Below, in pieces: positions 27,039-35,498 of a stretch of 35,498 nucleotides of DNA (within the stretch, counting starts at the first letter, position 1; each line of letters starts with the position of its first letter). Source of the DNA: Helicobacter sp. (lineage in GTDB: Bacteria; Campylobacterota; Campylobacteria; Campylobacterales; Helicobacteraceae); contig JAAVGZ010000070.1 in the NCBI GenBank assembly GCA_014799985.1, forward strand, positions 1 to 35,498. The letters run 5' to 3'. The notes beneath the pieces were generated by a model that saw only the letters and a program-made list of their open reading frames with translations, was not told the DNA's origin and did no database searches. Made by a program: the position numbers and the translations under genes.

Positions 27039-28152
27039 TGCCCTTGTTGTGGCGCTGTTGTTGGCGGCTTGTGCGTGGTCGCCAGAGCCAAATGATATGT
27101 ATCAAACCCAGATTCCGCTCGCCCCTCCAGAGGGCGAGATAGGGCAGGCACAAGAGCAGCTGCGCCTCACGCCGCCGCCTTCGCCCCAAGTGGCGAACGC
27201 CACAGGCTACACGCGCACAGACCAGCCCGTTTCTGTGCCCTACCGCAACTATTTGGGCTATATCCCCACGCTGATTACGATTGATTATGGGCTCACGCAA
27301 AACAGCTACAATCGCTATGCGCCTGTCGTGGAATCGTATGCGCGCATGAGCGTCGACACCTTCAACCGCGACTTCCCGTCTTTGCTCGCCGAGAAGGGCT
27401 TGCAGATTGTGCAATATTTTCCGAGCTATCCGATTAGCGTCCCCGATTCTAACGCATTGCCTGCCGTGTTCTATTCGCGCGTGTACATCACCGTCAAGGA
27501 GTTTCAGGGCACGCAGCTCAACCTCACGCCCGAACAGATTGACGAGATAAAAAAGGCAAACGCCGAGGCGCAAAAGCGCGCGCGCAACGCCCAGCGCAAC
27601 GCCAACAGGAAGCATGATGACGAGGACGAAGATTCTGTCGTTGGCGCAGCGAGCGACTTGGCGAGCGCGCAGCCAGAATCGGACGAAAACGAGATTGAGC
27701 AAATGGCGCGCCGCCTCTCCGAGACTTCTGACCCATTGCTTGCCCAAAACAATGTCGCACCAAGCGGCGGGGCAGGGCGTACGCAACCAGCGCGCCAAAA
27801 CACGCCCAAGAAGCAGCCACCGCCACCAAACCCATGGGAAGGAATCGACCTCCCACCCCCAACACCCAAGGCGATGATTATCTCGATTCGCGGCGAGATT
27901 CTGCTGCTTGAGCCGGGCAGCGGCGAGGTGCTTTGGGCTGCGGCGAGCTTGTGGCGCGAAAGCGTGATTGACCTGCAACAAGGCGAGTTTGACAAAGCCG
28001 TGCAGAGCTATATCTACCACCATTCGCAAGGCATGCGCGATGAGTTGTTGCAACATCTCCAAGCGGCATCGCCTGTCGTTTTGGCGAGCATGATTGACGA
28101 AATGCGCATGATGAAAGGTTTGCCCGTCTATCCCGATGCGCCCGTGTGGTGA
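27022..28152 (+). CDS. Lipoprotein of unknown function, possibly HpaA (NLBH)-fold with a large disordered insertion
   Basis: [17 protein letters not shown] lipobox. GEILLLEPGSGEVLW resembles the HpaA-family LEP.SGE motif. Acidic/Pro-rich central region. Confidence 0.6.
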   Translation: MKFLANALVVALLLAACAWSPEPNDMYQTQIPLAPPEGEIGQAQEQLRLTPPPSPQVANATGYTRTDQPVSVPYRNYLGYIPTLITIDYGLTQNSYNRYAPVVESYARMSVDTFNRDFPSLLAEKGLQIVQYFPSYPISVPDSNALPAVFYSRVYITVKEFQGTQLNLTPEQIDEIKKANAEAQKRARNAQRNANRKHDDEDEDSVVGAASDLASAQPESDENEIEQMARRLSETSDPLLAQNNVAPSGGAGRTQPARQNTPKKQPPPPNPWEGIDLPPPTPKAMIISIRGEILLLEPGSGEVLWAAASLWRESVIDLQQGEFDKAVQSYIYHHSQGMRDELLQHLQAASPVVLASMIDEMRMMKGLPVYPDAPVW

Positions 28153-28163
28153 TAAACATCTGA

Positions 28164-29234
28164 ATGCTTGTTTATCTTTGCAAACGGCTTGCGTTGCTGC
28201 TGCCCACATTGCTCGCAATCATCACGTTGAATTTTTTCATTATCCAAGCCGCTCCCGGGGGTCCTGTGGAGCGCATGCTCGCCCAGCTCGAGAACATCAA
28301 CGCCGCTGATTCCAAAGGCGGCTTTGGGGCAGGGGGCGAGGTTGGCACGAACATGCAGGGCTACAAAAACACGGCGATTACCGAGCAAATGCGTGAGCAG
28401 ATTCAAAAGCTCTATGGCTTCGACAAGCCGATTTGGGAACGTTATGTGTCGATGATTGCGTCCTGCCTTAGCTTTGAGTTTGGCGAGAGTTACTACAAGC
28501 AGCGGCAGGTGTGGAATCTCATCATCGAGCGACTGCCTGTGTCGGTTTCGCTTGGGCTTTGGAGTACGCTCTTGATTTACCTTATCAGCATTCCGCTTGG
28601 AATCAAAAAGGCTGTGGCGCATGGCTCGCGTTTTGACGCTTGGAGTAGCCTCGTGATTATCGTCTGCCACGCGATTCCGACATTCCTTATCGCGATTTTG
28701 TTTATCATACTCTTCGCGGGCGGCAGCTTCCTCGAGCTCTTTCCGCTCAAGGGGCTTAGCAGCGACTACGCGCACAATCTCGGATTCTTCGAGCGCGCAC
28801 TCGATTATCTGTGGCACATCACCTTGCCCGTGCTCTCGCTCACGCTCGGTGGCTTCGCCGCGCTCACGCTTTTGTGCAAAAACTCGTTCCTCGAGGAAAT
28901 CCACAAGCAATACACCATCACGGCGGCAATCAAGGGCGCAACGCATGCGCGCATTCTCTATGGGCATGTGTTTCGCAACGCGATGCTCATCGTCATCGCG
29001 GGCTTTCCGTCAGCCTTTGTCGGAATCTTCTTGAGCGGCTCGCTGCTGATTGAAATCATTTTCTCGCTCGAGGGCTTGGGGCTCTTGGGCTACGAATCGG
29101 CGCTCAATCGCGACTATCCTGTCGTGTTTGGGACGCTCTACATTTTCACGCTCATCGGGCTTCTCACGACCCTCGCAAGCGATTTGTGCTATCGGCTCAT
29201 CGACCCGCGAATCGACTTCGAGGCGCGCGCATGA
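28164..29234 (+). CDS. yejB: Peptide (microcin C-type) ABC transporter permease YejB
   Basis: IIQAAPGGPVE, YGFDKP.WERY, RLPVSVSLG, KNSFLEEI.KQY, GHVFRNAML, DPRIDFE. Confidence 0.9.
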   Translation: MLVYLCKRLALLLPTLLAIITLNFFIIQAAPGGPVERMLAQLENINAADSKGGFGAGGEVGTNMQGYKNTAITEQMREQIQKLYGFDKPIWERYVSMIASCLSFEFGESYYKQRQVWNLIIERLPVSVSLGLWSTLLIYLISIPLGIKKAVAHGSRFDAWSSLVIIVCHAIPTFLIAILFIILFAGGSFLELFPLKGLSSDYAHNLGFFERALDYLWHITLPVLSLTLGGFAALTLLCKNSFLEEIHKQYTITAAIKGATHARILYGHVFRNAMLIVIAGFPSAFVGIFLSGSLLIEIIFSLEGLGLLGYESALNRDYPVVFGTLYIFTLIGLLTTLASDLCYRLIDPRIDFEARA

Positions 29235-30235
29235 AAAGCCGTGCGCTCGCGTCTTTTGCGGCGAACAGGCGCGCCCTGTTCTCGCTCTATTGCCTGTTGC
29301 TGCTCTGCGCGTGTTGCGCGCTTGCGCCGATTCTTGCCAACGACAAGCCGCTTGTGCTTTTCTACAAGGGCGAGCTGTATTTCCCGATTCTCAAATTCTA
29401 TCCCGAGAGCACGTTCGGTGGCGACTTTGAAAACGAAACGGAATATAAAGACGCGGACATCATCGAATCGATAGAAAAACACGGCTGGATTCTGTTTCCG
29501 CCCGTGCCATACAGCTATGATACGATTATTTTTGATTTAGATTCCCCCTCTCCTGCGCCGCCAAGCGCGAAGAATTGGCTCGGCACAGACGACCAAAGCC
29601 GCGATTTGCTCGCGCGGCTGCTCTATGGCACGGCGATTTCGCTTGCGTTTGGAATCTTGCTCACGTTTTTTAGCACCATCATCGGCGTTTTCATGGGCGC
29701 AATCATGGGCTATTTCGGCGGCAAACTCGACCTATTCTTGCAACGTTTTGTCGAAATCTACGCGTCCATGCCCGTGCTGTATTTGGTGATTATCTTCTCG
29801 AGCTTCGTCAATCCCAATTTCTGGTGGCTGCTGCTTTTCATGCTGTTTTTCTCGTGGGTCGAGCTCGTTGCGCTCGTGCGTGCCGAGTTTTTGCGCGCGC
29901 GCAATCTCGACTATGTCCGCGCGAGCAAGGCGCTTGGCGCAAGCGCACCGCGCATCATCTTTCGCCACATCTTGCCCAACACCGCGCCGCTTGTCCTAAG
30001 CCTGCTGCCCTTCATTTTGGGCAATTCCATCGTCTTGCTCACATCGCTCGATTTCTTGGGCTTTGGGCTGCCGCCCGGCTCGCCGAGTCTTGGCGAGATT
30101 CTGTTGCAAGCAAAAGAGAATCTGCATGCGCCATGGATTGGAATCACCGCTTTCGTGTTTATTGCATTTTTATTGAGCCTGCTCGTGTTTGTGGGCGAAG
30201 GATTGCGCGATGCGTTTGACCCGCGCCTAAGATAG
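29231..30235 (+). CDS. yejE: Peptide ABC transporter permease YejE
   Basis: ANDKPL, YPESTFGGDF, NWLGTDDQ.RD..ARL.YG, VRAEFLRARN.DYVRA, LDFLGFGLPPGSPSLGE, GEGLRDAFDPR. ATGA overlap with yejB. Confidence 0.9.
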   Translation: MKSRALASFAANRRALFSLYCLLLLCACCALAPILANDKPLVLFYKGELYFPILKFYPESTFGGDFENETEYKDADIIESIEKHGWILFPPVPYSYDTIIFDLDSPSPAPPSAKNWLGTDDQSRDLLARLLYGTAISLAFGILLTFFSTIIGVFMGAIMGYFGGKLDLFLQRFVEIYASMPVLYLVIIFSSFVNPNFWWLLLFMLFFSWVELVALVRAEFLRARNLDYVRASKALGASAPRIIFRHILPNTAPLVLSLLPFILGNSIVLLTSLDFLGFGLPPGSPSLGEILLQAKENLHAPWIGITAFVFIAFLLSLLVFVGEGLRDAFDPRLR

Positions 30236-30310
30236 CGATTGAGGTAAGCATTAGGCAATTTGCGATAGAATTATTATAGAATAATATCATTTTTGATGTG
30301 GAGATTTGCC

Positions 30311-30976
30311 ATGAAACATTTACGCAAAATTTCGGATTGTGCAATCATTGGGACAATGGGCGCGCTCGTTCTCGTGAGCATGAACGCATGCTCGGGCGAC
30401 AATGCGCAAAGCAGCGGACGCGGCGACAACACGGCTGTGGCAAATGCGGCGCAACGAGGCGCGTTTGTCGTGATACAAGAAAACGAGGACGGGAGCTACA
30501 AGATTCTCGAGGAGCACCCAAGCGAGAACACGCGCATTTTGCTCAAAAAGCCCGATGGCAGCGAGCGCATGCTCACCCAAGAGGAGATTGACGCGCTTGT
30601 CGCCGAAGAGAATCAAAAGATTGACAACGGCACGAGCCAACTCACCAACCCCACAGGCGGCGGGCTTTCGCTTGGCGAAACAATCCTCGCGAGCGCCGCT
30701 GGCGCAATCATCGGGAGCTGGATTGGCAGCAAGCTATTCAACAACAACAACTTCGCGAGCCAACAGCGCGGCGCGTATTCCTCGCCCCAAGCCTATGAGC
30801 GCAGCCAAAATGTGCGCCAAAACACCGCGCGCGCGGCAAGCGGCGCAACGAGCGGGCGCAGCGGATTTTTTAGCCCCCAAAGCGGCGCTTCGTCAGCCAC
30901 ACAAAGCGCCACATCGCGCCAAAGCACATCGAGCGGCACGAGCTCTGCTTCGTCAAGCAGCGGCGTTGGGGGTTGA
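30311..30976 (+). CDS. UPF0323-family lipoprotein (HP0232/Cj0371-like)
   Basis: MKHLRKISD, lipobox [40 protein letters not shown], Ser-rich tail with SGFF. Confidence 0.88.
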   Translation: MKHLRKISDCAIIGTMGALVLVSMNACSGDNAQSSGRGDNTAVANAAQRGAFVVIQENEDGSYKILEEHPSENTRILLKKPDGSERMLTQEEIDALVAEENQKIDNGTSQLTNPTGGGLSLGETILASAAGAIIGSWIGSKLFNNNNFASQQRGAYSSPQAYERSQNVRQNTARAASGATSGRSGFFSPQSGASSATQSATSRQSTSSGTSSASSSSGVGG

Positions 30977-30978
30977 GA

Positions 30979-32154
30979 ATGGAAATCACCAAACTAAAGG
31001 CTTTGCAGCCCGAGTTCCTCGAAGAAATCGGCTTTAGCTGGCACACAGACCCCGATTCCACGCCCTACATCGCCGATGAGGCAGTCGCGGTTAGCGAGGA
31101 CGAAGCAGAAGGCTACTATGCCGCCGCAAACGAGCTCTATGATATGTTCATCGAGGCGGGGGAACATGTGATAAAAAACAATCTCTTTTTCGAGCTCGGA
31201 ATCCCGTTCAACGCGGTCGATATGATACGCATGAGCTGGGAAGACGAGATTCATTGGCATCTATACGGGCGCTTCGATTTCGCCGGTGGGCTCGATGGGC
31301 AGCCGATTAAGCTGCTCGAGTTCAACGCCGACACGCCGACAATGCTGTTTGAAAGCGCGATTGTGCAGTGGGCGCTGCTCAAGGCAAACGGCATGGACGA
31401 GACCATGCAATTCAACAATGTCTATGAGGCATTGCGCGACAACTTCAAGCGGCTCATCACGCTTGGCGAGGACATTGCGGCGTTTGAGGAGATGTATGAG
31501 GGCTGGGGGATTCTGTTCTCGAGCATCGCGGGCAATGCCGAAGAGGAGCAGACCGTGCGCCTGCTTGAGCACATCGCCAAAGAAGCGGGATTCAACACGC
31601 ATTTTTGCTACGCGCACGAGGCGCACCTTAGCGCCGATGAGGGGCTGTTTTGCGGTGAGCAAAACTATGAGTTTTGGTTCAAGCTCATTCCGTGGGAGAT
31701 GATTAGTGTCGATGAGCCCGACATGGCAGCGCTCATGACAGAGATGATGCGCAACAAAAACACGATTTTTCTCAATCCTGCCTACACGCTCATGTTTCAA
31801 TCGAAGCGAATCCTGAAGATTCTATGGGATTTGTTCCCCAATCACCCGCTGCTGCTTGAGACAAGCTTCGAGCCACTCAAAGGCAAGAAAATGGTCAAAA
31901 AGCATGCGTTTTCTCGCGAGGGCGAGAATGTCGCGATTCTCGAGCCAAACGGCACTGCGCTCATCGAGAAGGGCGGCAATTATGGCAATCTGCCCGCGAT
32001 TTATCAAGAATATGTCCCGCTCAATGCGCATGCAAACGAGCGCTATCAGGCGAATGTGTTCTATGCGTATGAGGCATGCGCGTTGGGCTTTCGGCGCGGT
32101 GGCGAGATTTTGGATAATTATTCTAAGTTTGTCAGCCATTATATCAAGCCCTAA
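30979..32154 (+). CDS. Glutathionylspermidine synthase-like ATP-grasp protein (YgiC/HP0233/Cj0372-like)
   Basis: LYGRFD, KLLEFNADTPT.L.E, FKLIPWE, NPAYT...QSK, SREGENV, YQEY. Usual partner of UPF0323. Confidence 0.9.
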   Translation: MEITKLKALQPEFLEEIGFSWHTDPDSTPYIADEAVAVSEDEAEGYYAAANELYDMFIEAGEHVIKNNLFFELGIPFNAVDMIRMSWEDEIHWHLYGRFDFAGGLDGQPIKLLEFNADTPTMLFESAIVQWALLKANGMDETMQFNNVYEALRDNFKRLITLGEDIAAFEEMYEGWGILFSSIAGNAEEEQTVRLLEHIAKEAGFNTHFCYAHEAHLSADEGLFCGEQNYEFWFKLIPWEMISVDEPDMAALMTEMMRNKNTIFLNPAYTLMFQSKRILKILWDLFPNHPLLLETSFEPLKGKKMVKKHAFSREGENVAILEPNGTALIEKGGNYGNLPAIYQEYVPLNAHANERYQANVFYAYEACALGFRRGGEILDNYSKFVSHYIKP

Positions 32155-32163
32155 GGACATCGT

Positions 32164-34911
32164 ATGGATTATAAAGACACCCTGATTTTGCCCGAGACAA
32201 CCTTCCCAATGCGGGGCAATCTCCCACAAAACGAGCCCAAAACCTACCAAAAATGGAAAGATTCCAATGTCTATGCGAAGATGAAAAAGCAGCGCGCAGA
32301 AGCGCCGAGCTTCAACCTGCATGATGGACCTCCGTATGCGAACGGGCATATCCACATCGGGCATGCGCTGAATAAGATTCTCAAAGACATCATCGTGAAA
32401 ATCCATTATTTCCATGGCAAAAACGTGCGCTACACGCCGGGCTGGGATTGTCATGGCTTGCCCATCGAGCAGCAAGTCGAAAAGAATCTGGGCAAGGCAA
32501 AGAAAGATTCTTTGCCCAAGAGCGAGGTGCGCGCGCTCTGCCGCGAGCATGCCAAAAAGTTCCTCGAGATTCAGAGCGAGGAGTTCCAACGGCTCGGCGT
32601 TTTGGGCGATTTCGAGAATCCTTACAAAACAATGGATTTTGCGTTCGAATCCAACATCTACCGCGTCCTTTGCGAGGTCGCCAAAAAGGGGCTGCTCATC
32701 GAGCGTTCCAAGCCCATTTATTGGAGCTGGGCATGCGAAACGGCGCTCGCCGATGCGGAGGTGGAATACCACGACAAGGTCTCGGATTCTATTTTTGTCG
32801 CGTTCGACTTGAGCGAGCAATCATGCGAGAAGCTTGGAATCGCGCATGCCAAAGCTGTGATTTGGACGACAACGCCATGGACGCTGCCCGCGAACCAAGC
32901 GATTTGCCTCAACCCGCATGCGCAATATGTCTTGACGGGCGAGGGGCTGATTTTCGCCAAGCCCTTGTTGCAAAGCGCGGTTGAGAGGGGGCTAAGCAGC
33001 GGCGCGATTGCGCGCGAGTTTGCCGCAGGCGAGCTCGAGAATCTCATCGCCAAAAACCCGCTCAATGGGCGCGATTCGATTCTCATTCTCGGCGAGCATG
33101 TAACGATGGACGGCGGCAGCGGGCTCGTGCACAGCGCGCCCGGGCATGGCGAGGACGATTATTATATCTGCCTCAAATATGGAATCACCGATGTCCTCAT
33201 GCCCGTTGATGACAAGGGGCGCTTCAGCGAAGACCTCCGCCGTCTTGGGCTTTTGCGCCAAGACGCAGCGGACGAGCTCGTGGGCATGCACATCTTCAAG
33301 GCGCAGGATAGAATCCTCGAGCTACTCGGCGATTCTCTGCTGTTGCACACGAAAATCACGCATTCCTATCCCTATTGTTGGCGCAGCCACGAACCCGTGA
33401 TTTATCGCGCCACGAAGCAATGGTTCATCTTGATGGACAAGCCTTTCTTGAATGGCAAGACATTGCGCGAGCTCGCGCTTAGCGCGATTGACGCGACAAC
33501 CTTCTATCCCGCTGTGGGCAAGAACCGAATCCGCACAATGGTCGAGAATCGCCCCGATTGGTGCATTTCGCGCCAACGCGATTGGGGCGTGCCGATTGCC
33601 TTTTTTCGCGACAAAACCACGCAAGAAGTCGTGCTCGCGCCCGAAGTTTTGGACTTTGTCGCAGACACGTTCGCGCAGCATGGTTGCGATGCGTGGTGGG
33701 ACAAAACCACGCAGCAGCTGCTGCCGCCAAGCTGGCAAGACAAAGCCGAAAACCTCGAAAGATGCGACAATATCCTCGATGTGTGGTTCGATAGCGGCAG
33801 CACATGGCAGGCGGTGCTAAAAAGCGGAATCTATGACGCGGGCGACTACCCGGCTGATGTGTATCTCGAGGGCAGCGACCAACACCGCGGCTGGTTTCAG
33901 AGCTCGCTTCTGCTAAGCTGCATCTTGCAAGGGCATGCGCCCTATCGGAGCATTCTCACGCATGGCTTCACGATGGACGAAAACGGCGAGAAGATGAGCA
34001 AATCTAAGGGCAATGTGATTGCGCCCGAAGATGTGCGCAAGGAGTTTGGCAGCGAGATTTTGCGGCTTTGGGTCGCTCTTTGCGATTTTCAAAACGACCA
34101 AAAGGTGTCGCAAAACATCTTGAAGCAAACCGCCGAAAACTACCGCAAGATTCGCAACACATTGCGCTTCTTGCTCGCCAACACGAGCGATTTGCCCGAG
34201 CTTTCTTTGCAGAATCTTAGCGTGATTGATTGCTGGATTTTGCAGCATGCCAAGAATGTCTTTGGCGAGGCGAGTGCGGCGCTGCTGTCGTATGATTTCT
34301 CGGTTGCGCTGCCGCTGCTTAGCCATTTCATCGTGAATGAGCTTAGCGGAATCTATCTTGATTTGTGCAAGGACATTTTGTATTGCGATGCGCCAAACAG
34401 CCCGCGCCGCCGCGCCGCGCAGAGCGTGATGGCGCTGATTGCCCAAAAGCTCTTCGAGCTGCTCGCGCCGATTCTGACATACACGATTGACGAGGCGATT
34501 ACGCATGCGCGCGGCTATCTCGCGAGCGCGAACAACGATGTTTTCGAGCTGCTCTACACGCCGCTGCCGCCGCTGCCAAATGTGCAAAACTTCGAGCAGC
34601 TGCTTGCCATTCGCTCGCTCTTTCTCGAAAAGATTGATGCGCTCAAGAAGAGCGGGGCGATTAAATCCACGCTCGAGGTGAGCCTCGTTGTGCCGAGCGA
34701 TTTTTGCTTTGGTGAGATGGGCGCGTGGCTCATGGTGAGCGAGGTGGGCGCAGAGATTGCGCACAATGGAATCCTCGCCGAGTTTGAGTGCGAGGGCAAG
34801 CGCTTCGCGCTCGCGCGCTCGAGGCTGCACAAATGCCCGCGCTGCTGGCAGTTTTTGGCACACGAGCCGCAGAGCCTGTGCCCACGTTGTGCGGAAGTCG
34901 TGCATGTTTGA
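32164..34911 (+). CDS. ileS: Isoleucine--tRNA ligase (type 1)
   Basis: [63 protein letters not shown]-terminal CPRCW...CPRC. Confidence 0.98.
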   Translation: MDYKDTLILPETTFPMRGNLPQNEPKTYQKWKDSNVYAKMKKQRAEAPSFNLHDGPPYANGHIHIGHALNKILKDIIVKIHYFHGKNVRYTPGWDCHGLPIEQQVEKNLGKAKKDSLPKSEVRALCREHAKKFLEIQSEEFQRLGVLGDFENPYKTMDFAFESNIYRVLCEVAKKGLLIERSKPIYWSWACETALADAEVEYHDKVSDSIFVAFDLSEQSCEKLGIAHAKAVIWTTTPWTLPANQAICLNPHAQYVLTGEGLIFAKPLLQSAVERGLSSGAIAREFAAGELENLIAKNPLNGRDSILILGEHVTMDGGSGLVHSAPGHGEDDYYICLKYGITDVLMPVDDKGRFSEDLRRLGLLRQDAADELVGMHIFKAQDRILELLGDSLLLHTKITHSYPYCWRSHEPVIYRATKQWFILMDKPFLNGKTLRELALSAIDATTFYPAVGKNRIRTMVENRPDWCISRQRDWGVPIAFFRDKTTQEVVLAPEVLDFVADTFAQHGCDAWWDKTTQQLLPPSWQDKAENLERCDNILDVWFDSGSTWQAVLKSGIYDAGDYPADVYLEGSDQHRGWFQSSLLLSCILQGHAPYRSILTHGFTMDENGEKMSKSKGNVIAPEDVRKEFGSEILRLWVALCDFQNDQKVSQNILKQTAENYRKIRNTLRFLLANTSDLPELSLQNLSVIDCWILQHAKNVFGEASAALLSYDFSVALPLLSHFIVNELSGIYLDLCKDILYCDAPNSPRRRAAQSVMALIAQKLFELLAPILTYTIDEAITHARGYLASANNDVFELLYTPLPPLPNVQNFEQLLAIRSLFLEKIDALKKSGAIKSTLEVSLVVPSDFCFGEMGAWLMVSEVGAEIAHNGILAEFECEGKRFALARSRLHKCPRCWQFLAHEPQSLCPRCAEVVHV

Positions 34912-35008
34912 TTTGTCTGTGCCTATCACATGGAAAGAAATCGCGCTCACGGCGGTTGTCGTCTGGCTCGCTATGGGTGTGTCGTATTGGGCGCTGAAGC
35001 GCAAATAG
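34904..35008 (+). CDS. Putative 34-aa single-pass membrane small protein
   Basis: [34 protein letters not shown]. The ATG overlaps the ileS stop by 8 nt. Clean hydrophobic helix followed by KRK. Confidence 0.55.
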   Translation: MFDLSVPITWKEIALTAVVVWLAMGVSYWALKRK

Positions 35009-35030
35009 GGCGGGGGATAAATATTAAAAT

Positions 35031-35268
35031 CGCAAGCGCGTTGCGTTTGCTGTCGTGCTTGGAAGTAATTCCGAGCACTCCCTAAAGTTATGCGATAACG
35101 CCAACTGCGCTAGCGCTTGTTGTCTTTAATCGCCGCGTCTTGCGCCGCGGGGCGCAAGGTTTTTATTTTTTGGAATCCCGTTGGATTCTCGCAATGACAA
35201 CAAAATCTAAGAATCCCCAGAAAAAGCGCACGCAAAGCTATGGCGAAGCCACAGCACAGCGCCGCTTT
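35031..35268. repeat. Mosaic cluster of hairpins and REP-like repeat modules
   Basis: Stems gtgcttggaa-gtaa-ttccgagcac (35055-35078), cttgcgcc-gcgg-ggcgcaag (35139-35158) and gaatcc-cgtt-ggattc. ctcgcaatgac arm at 35188-35198. Inverted copy of 1-59 at 35210-35268. Confidence 0.8.
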
Positions 35269-35411
35269 GAAGATTGCAATTTTTGATTCTCTATTGCTCA
35301 CCAATACAATATTCCCAACCACAGCGCACACGTCTATGTTCTCGTTTTAACATAGACGAAGCGCTGTGGACTATGACATATGCAAGTGCAACGCACATTG
35401 AAGAGGCGTGA

Positions 35412-35475
35412 GGGGGTTTGGGGGGAGTGGAAGGGGGGATAGGGGGGGCGCTTCGCAAGTAGCCCCCCTGTCCCC
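35412..35475 (+). other. G-tract element: potential G-quadruplex overlapping a GC-rich hairpin
   Basis: G5-ttt-G6-agtggaa-G6-ata-G7. 35435-35449 can pair with 35462-35475. Confidence 0.65.
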
Positions 35476-35498
35476 ATTGACGAAAGAAACAAAGATTG

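Noticed and set aside
26995-28218. Long antisense and alternate-frame ORFs (26995-28218, 23703-24830, 23749-24621, 33913-35004, 2676-3716, 6630-7601 and others)
   Set aside because: They are shadows of well-supported genes, expected from GC-rich codon usage with few off-frame stops, and carry no recognisable motifs.
32155-32163. T-box or other leader upstream of ileS; TPP riboswitch near the thiS-like domain
   Set aside because: Only 9 nt separate ileS from the upstream gene, and no TPP aptamer motif is visible in the glmU leader.
1-35268. Whole window as a composite transposon or ICE bounded by terminal inverted repeats
   Set aside because: No transposase, integrase or relaxase is present, and the cargo is essential core genes in conserved order.
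35110-35331. 73-aa ORF on the minus strand
   Set aside because: It runs through the repeat mosaic (the same sequence as window positions 1-59) and shows no coding features.

Overview
Chromosomal segment of a relatively GC-rich Campylobacterota (epsilonproteobacterial) genome, most likely an enterohepatic-type Helicobacter. This placement is inferred from gene order, which matches known H. pylori blocks (rluD-FN3 lipoprotein-trmB-ftsE-ftsX-envC-flaG-fliD-fliS-fliT; dnaX-tsaE-lptB-rpoN; UPF0323 lipoprotein-Gsp synthase-like). Almost every gene is on the + strand; the exception is glmU. The non-routine content is: (1) GlmU fused in frame to a complete ThiS-like ubiquitin-fold domain whose GG motif is masked by a short RCLP tail; (2) an AT-richer Msh/Cts-type (T2SS/T4P-family, probably DNA-uptake) operon directly behind a DUF2156 gene and a compact HTH-WYL-like regulator; (3) a PomAB-like (Na+-type signature) flagellar stator between glmU and fliP; (4) palindromic REP-like repeat clusters at both ends, including a ~59-bp near-identical inverted copy at the two extremities and a G-quadruplex/hairpin motif; (5) an HpaA-like lipoprotein ahead of an incomplete yejBE transporter and a 34-aa membrane sORF coupled to ileS; (6) strong word bias (GAATC/GATTC common, GGCC and GATC scarce). 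I saw no rRNA, tRNA, CRISPR array, transposase or phage gene. All calls come from reading motifs by eye; no database search was run.
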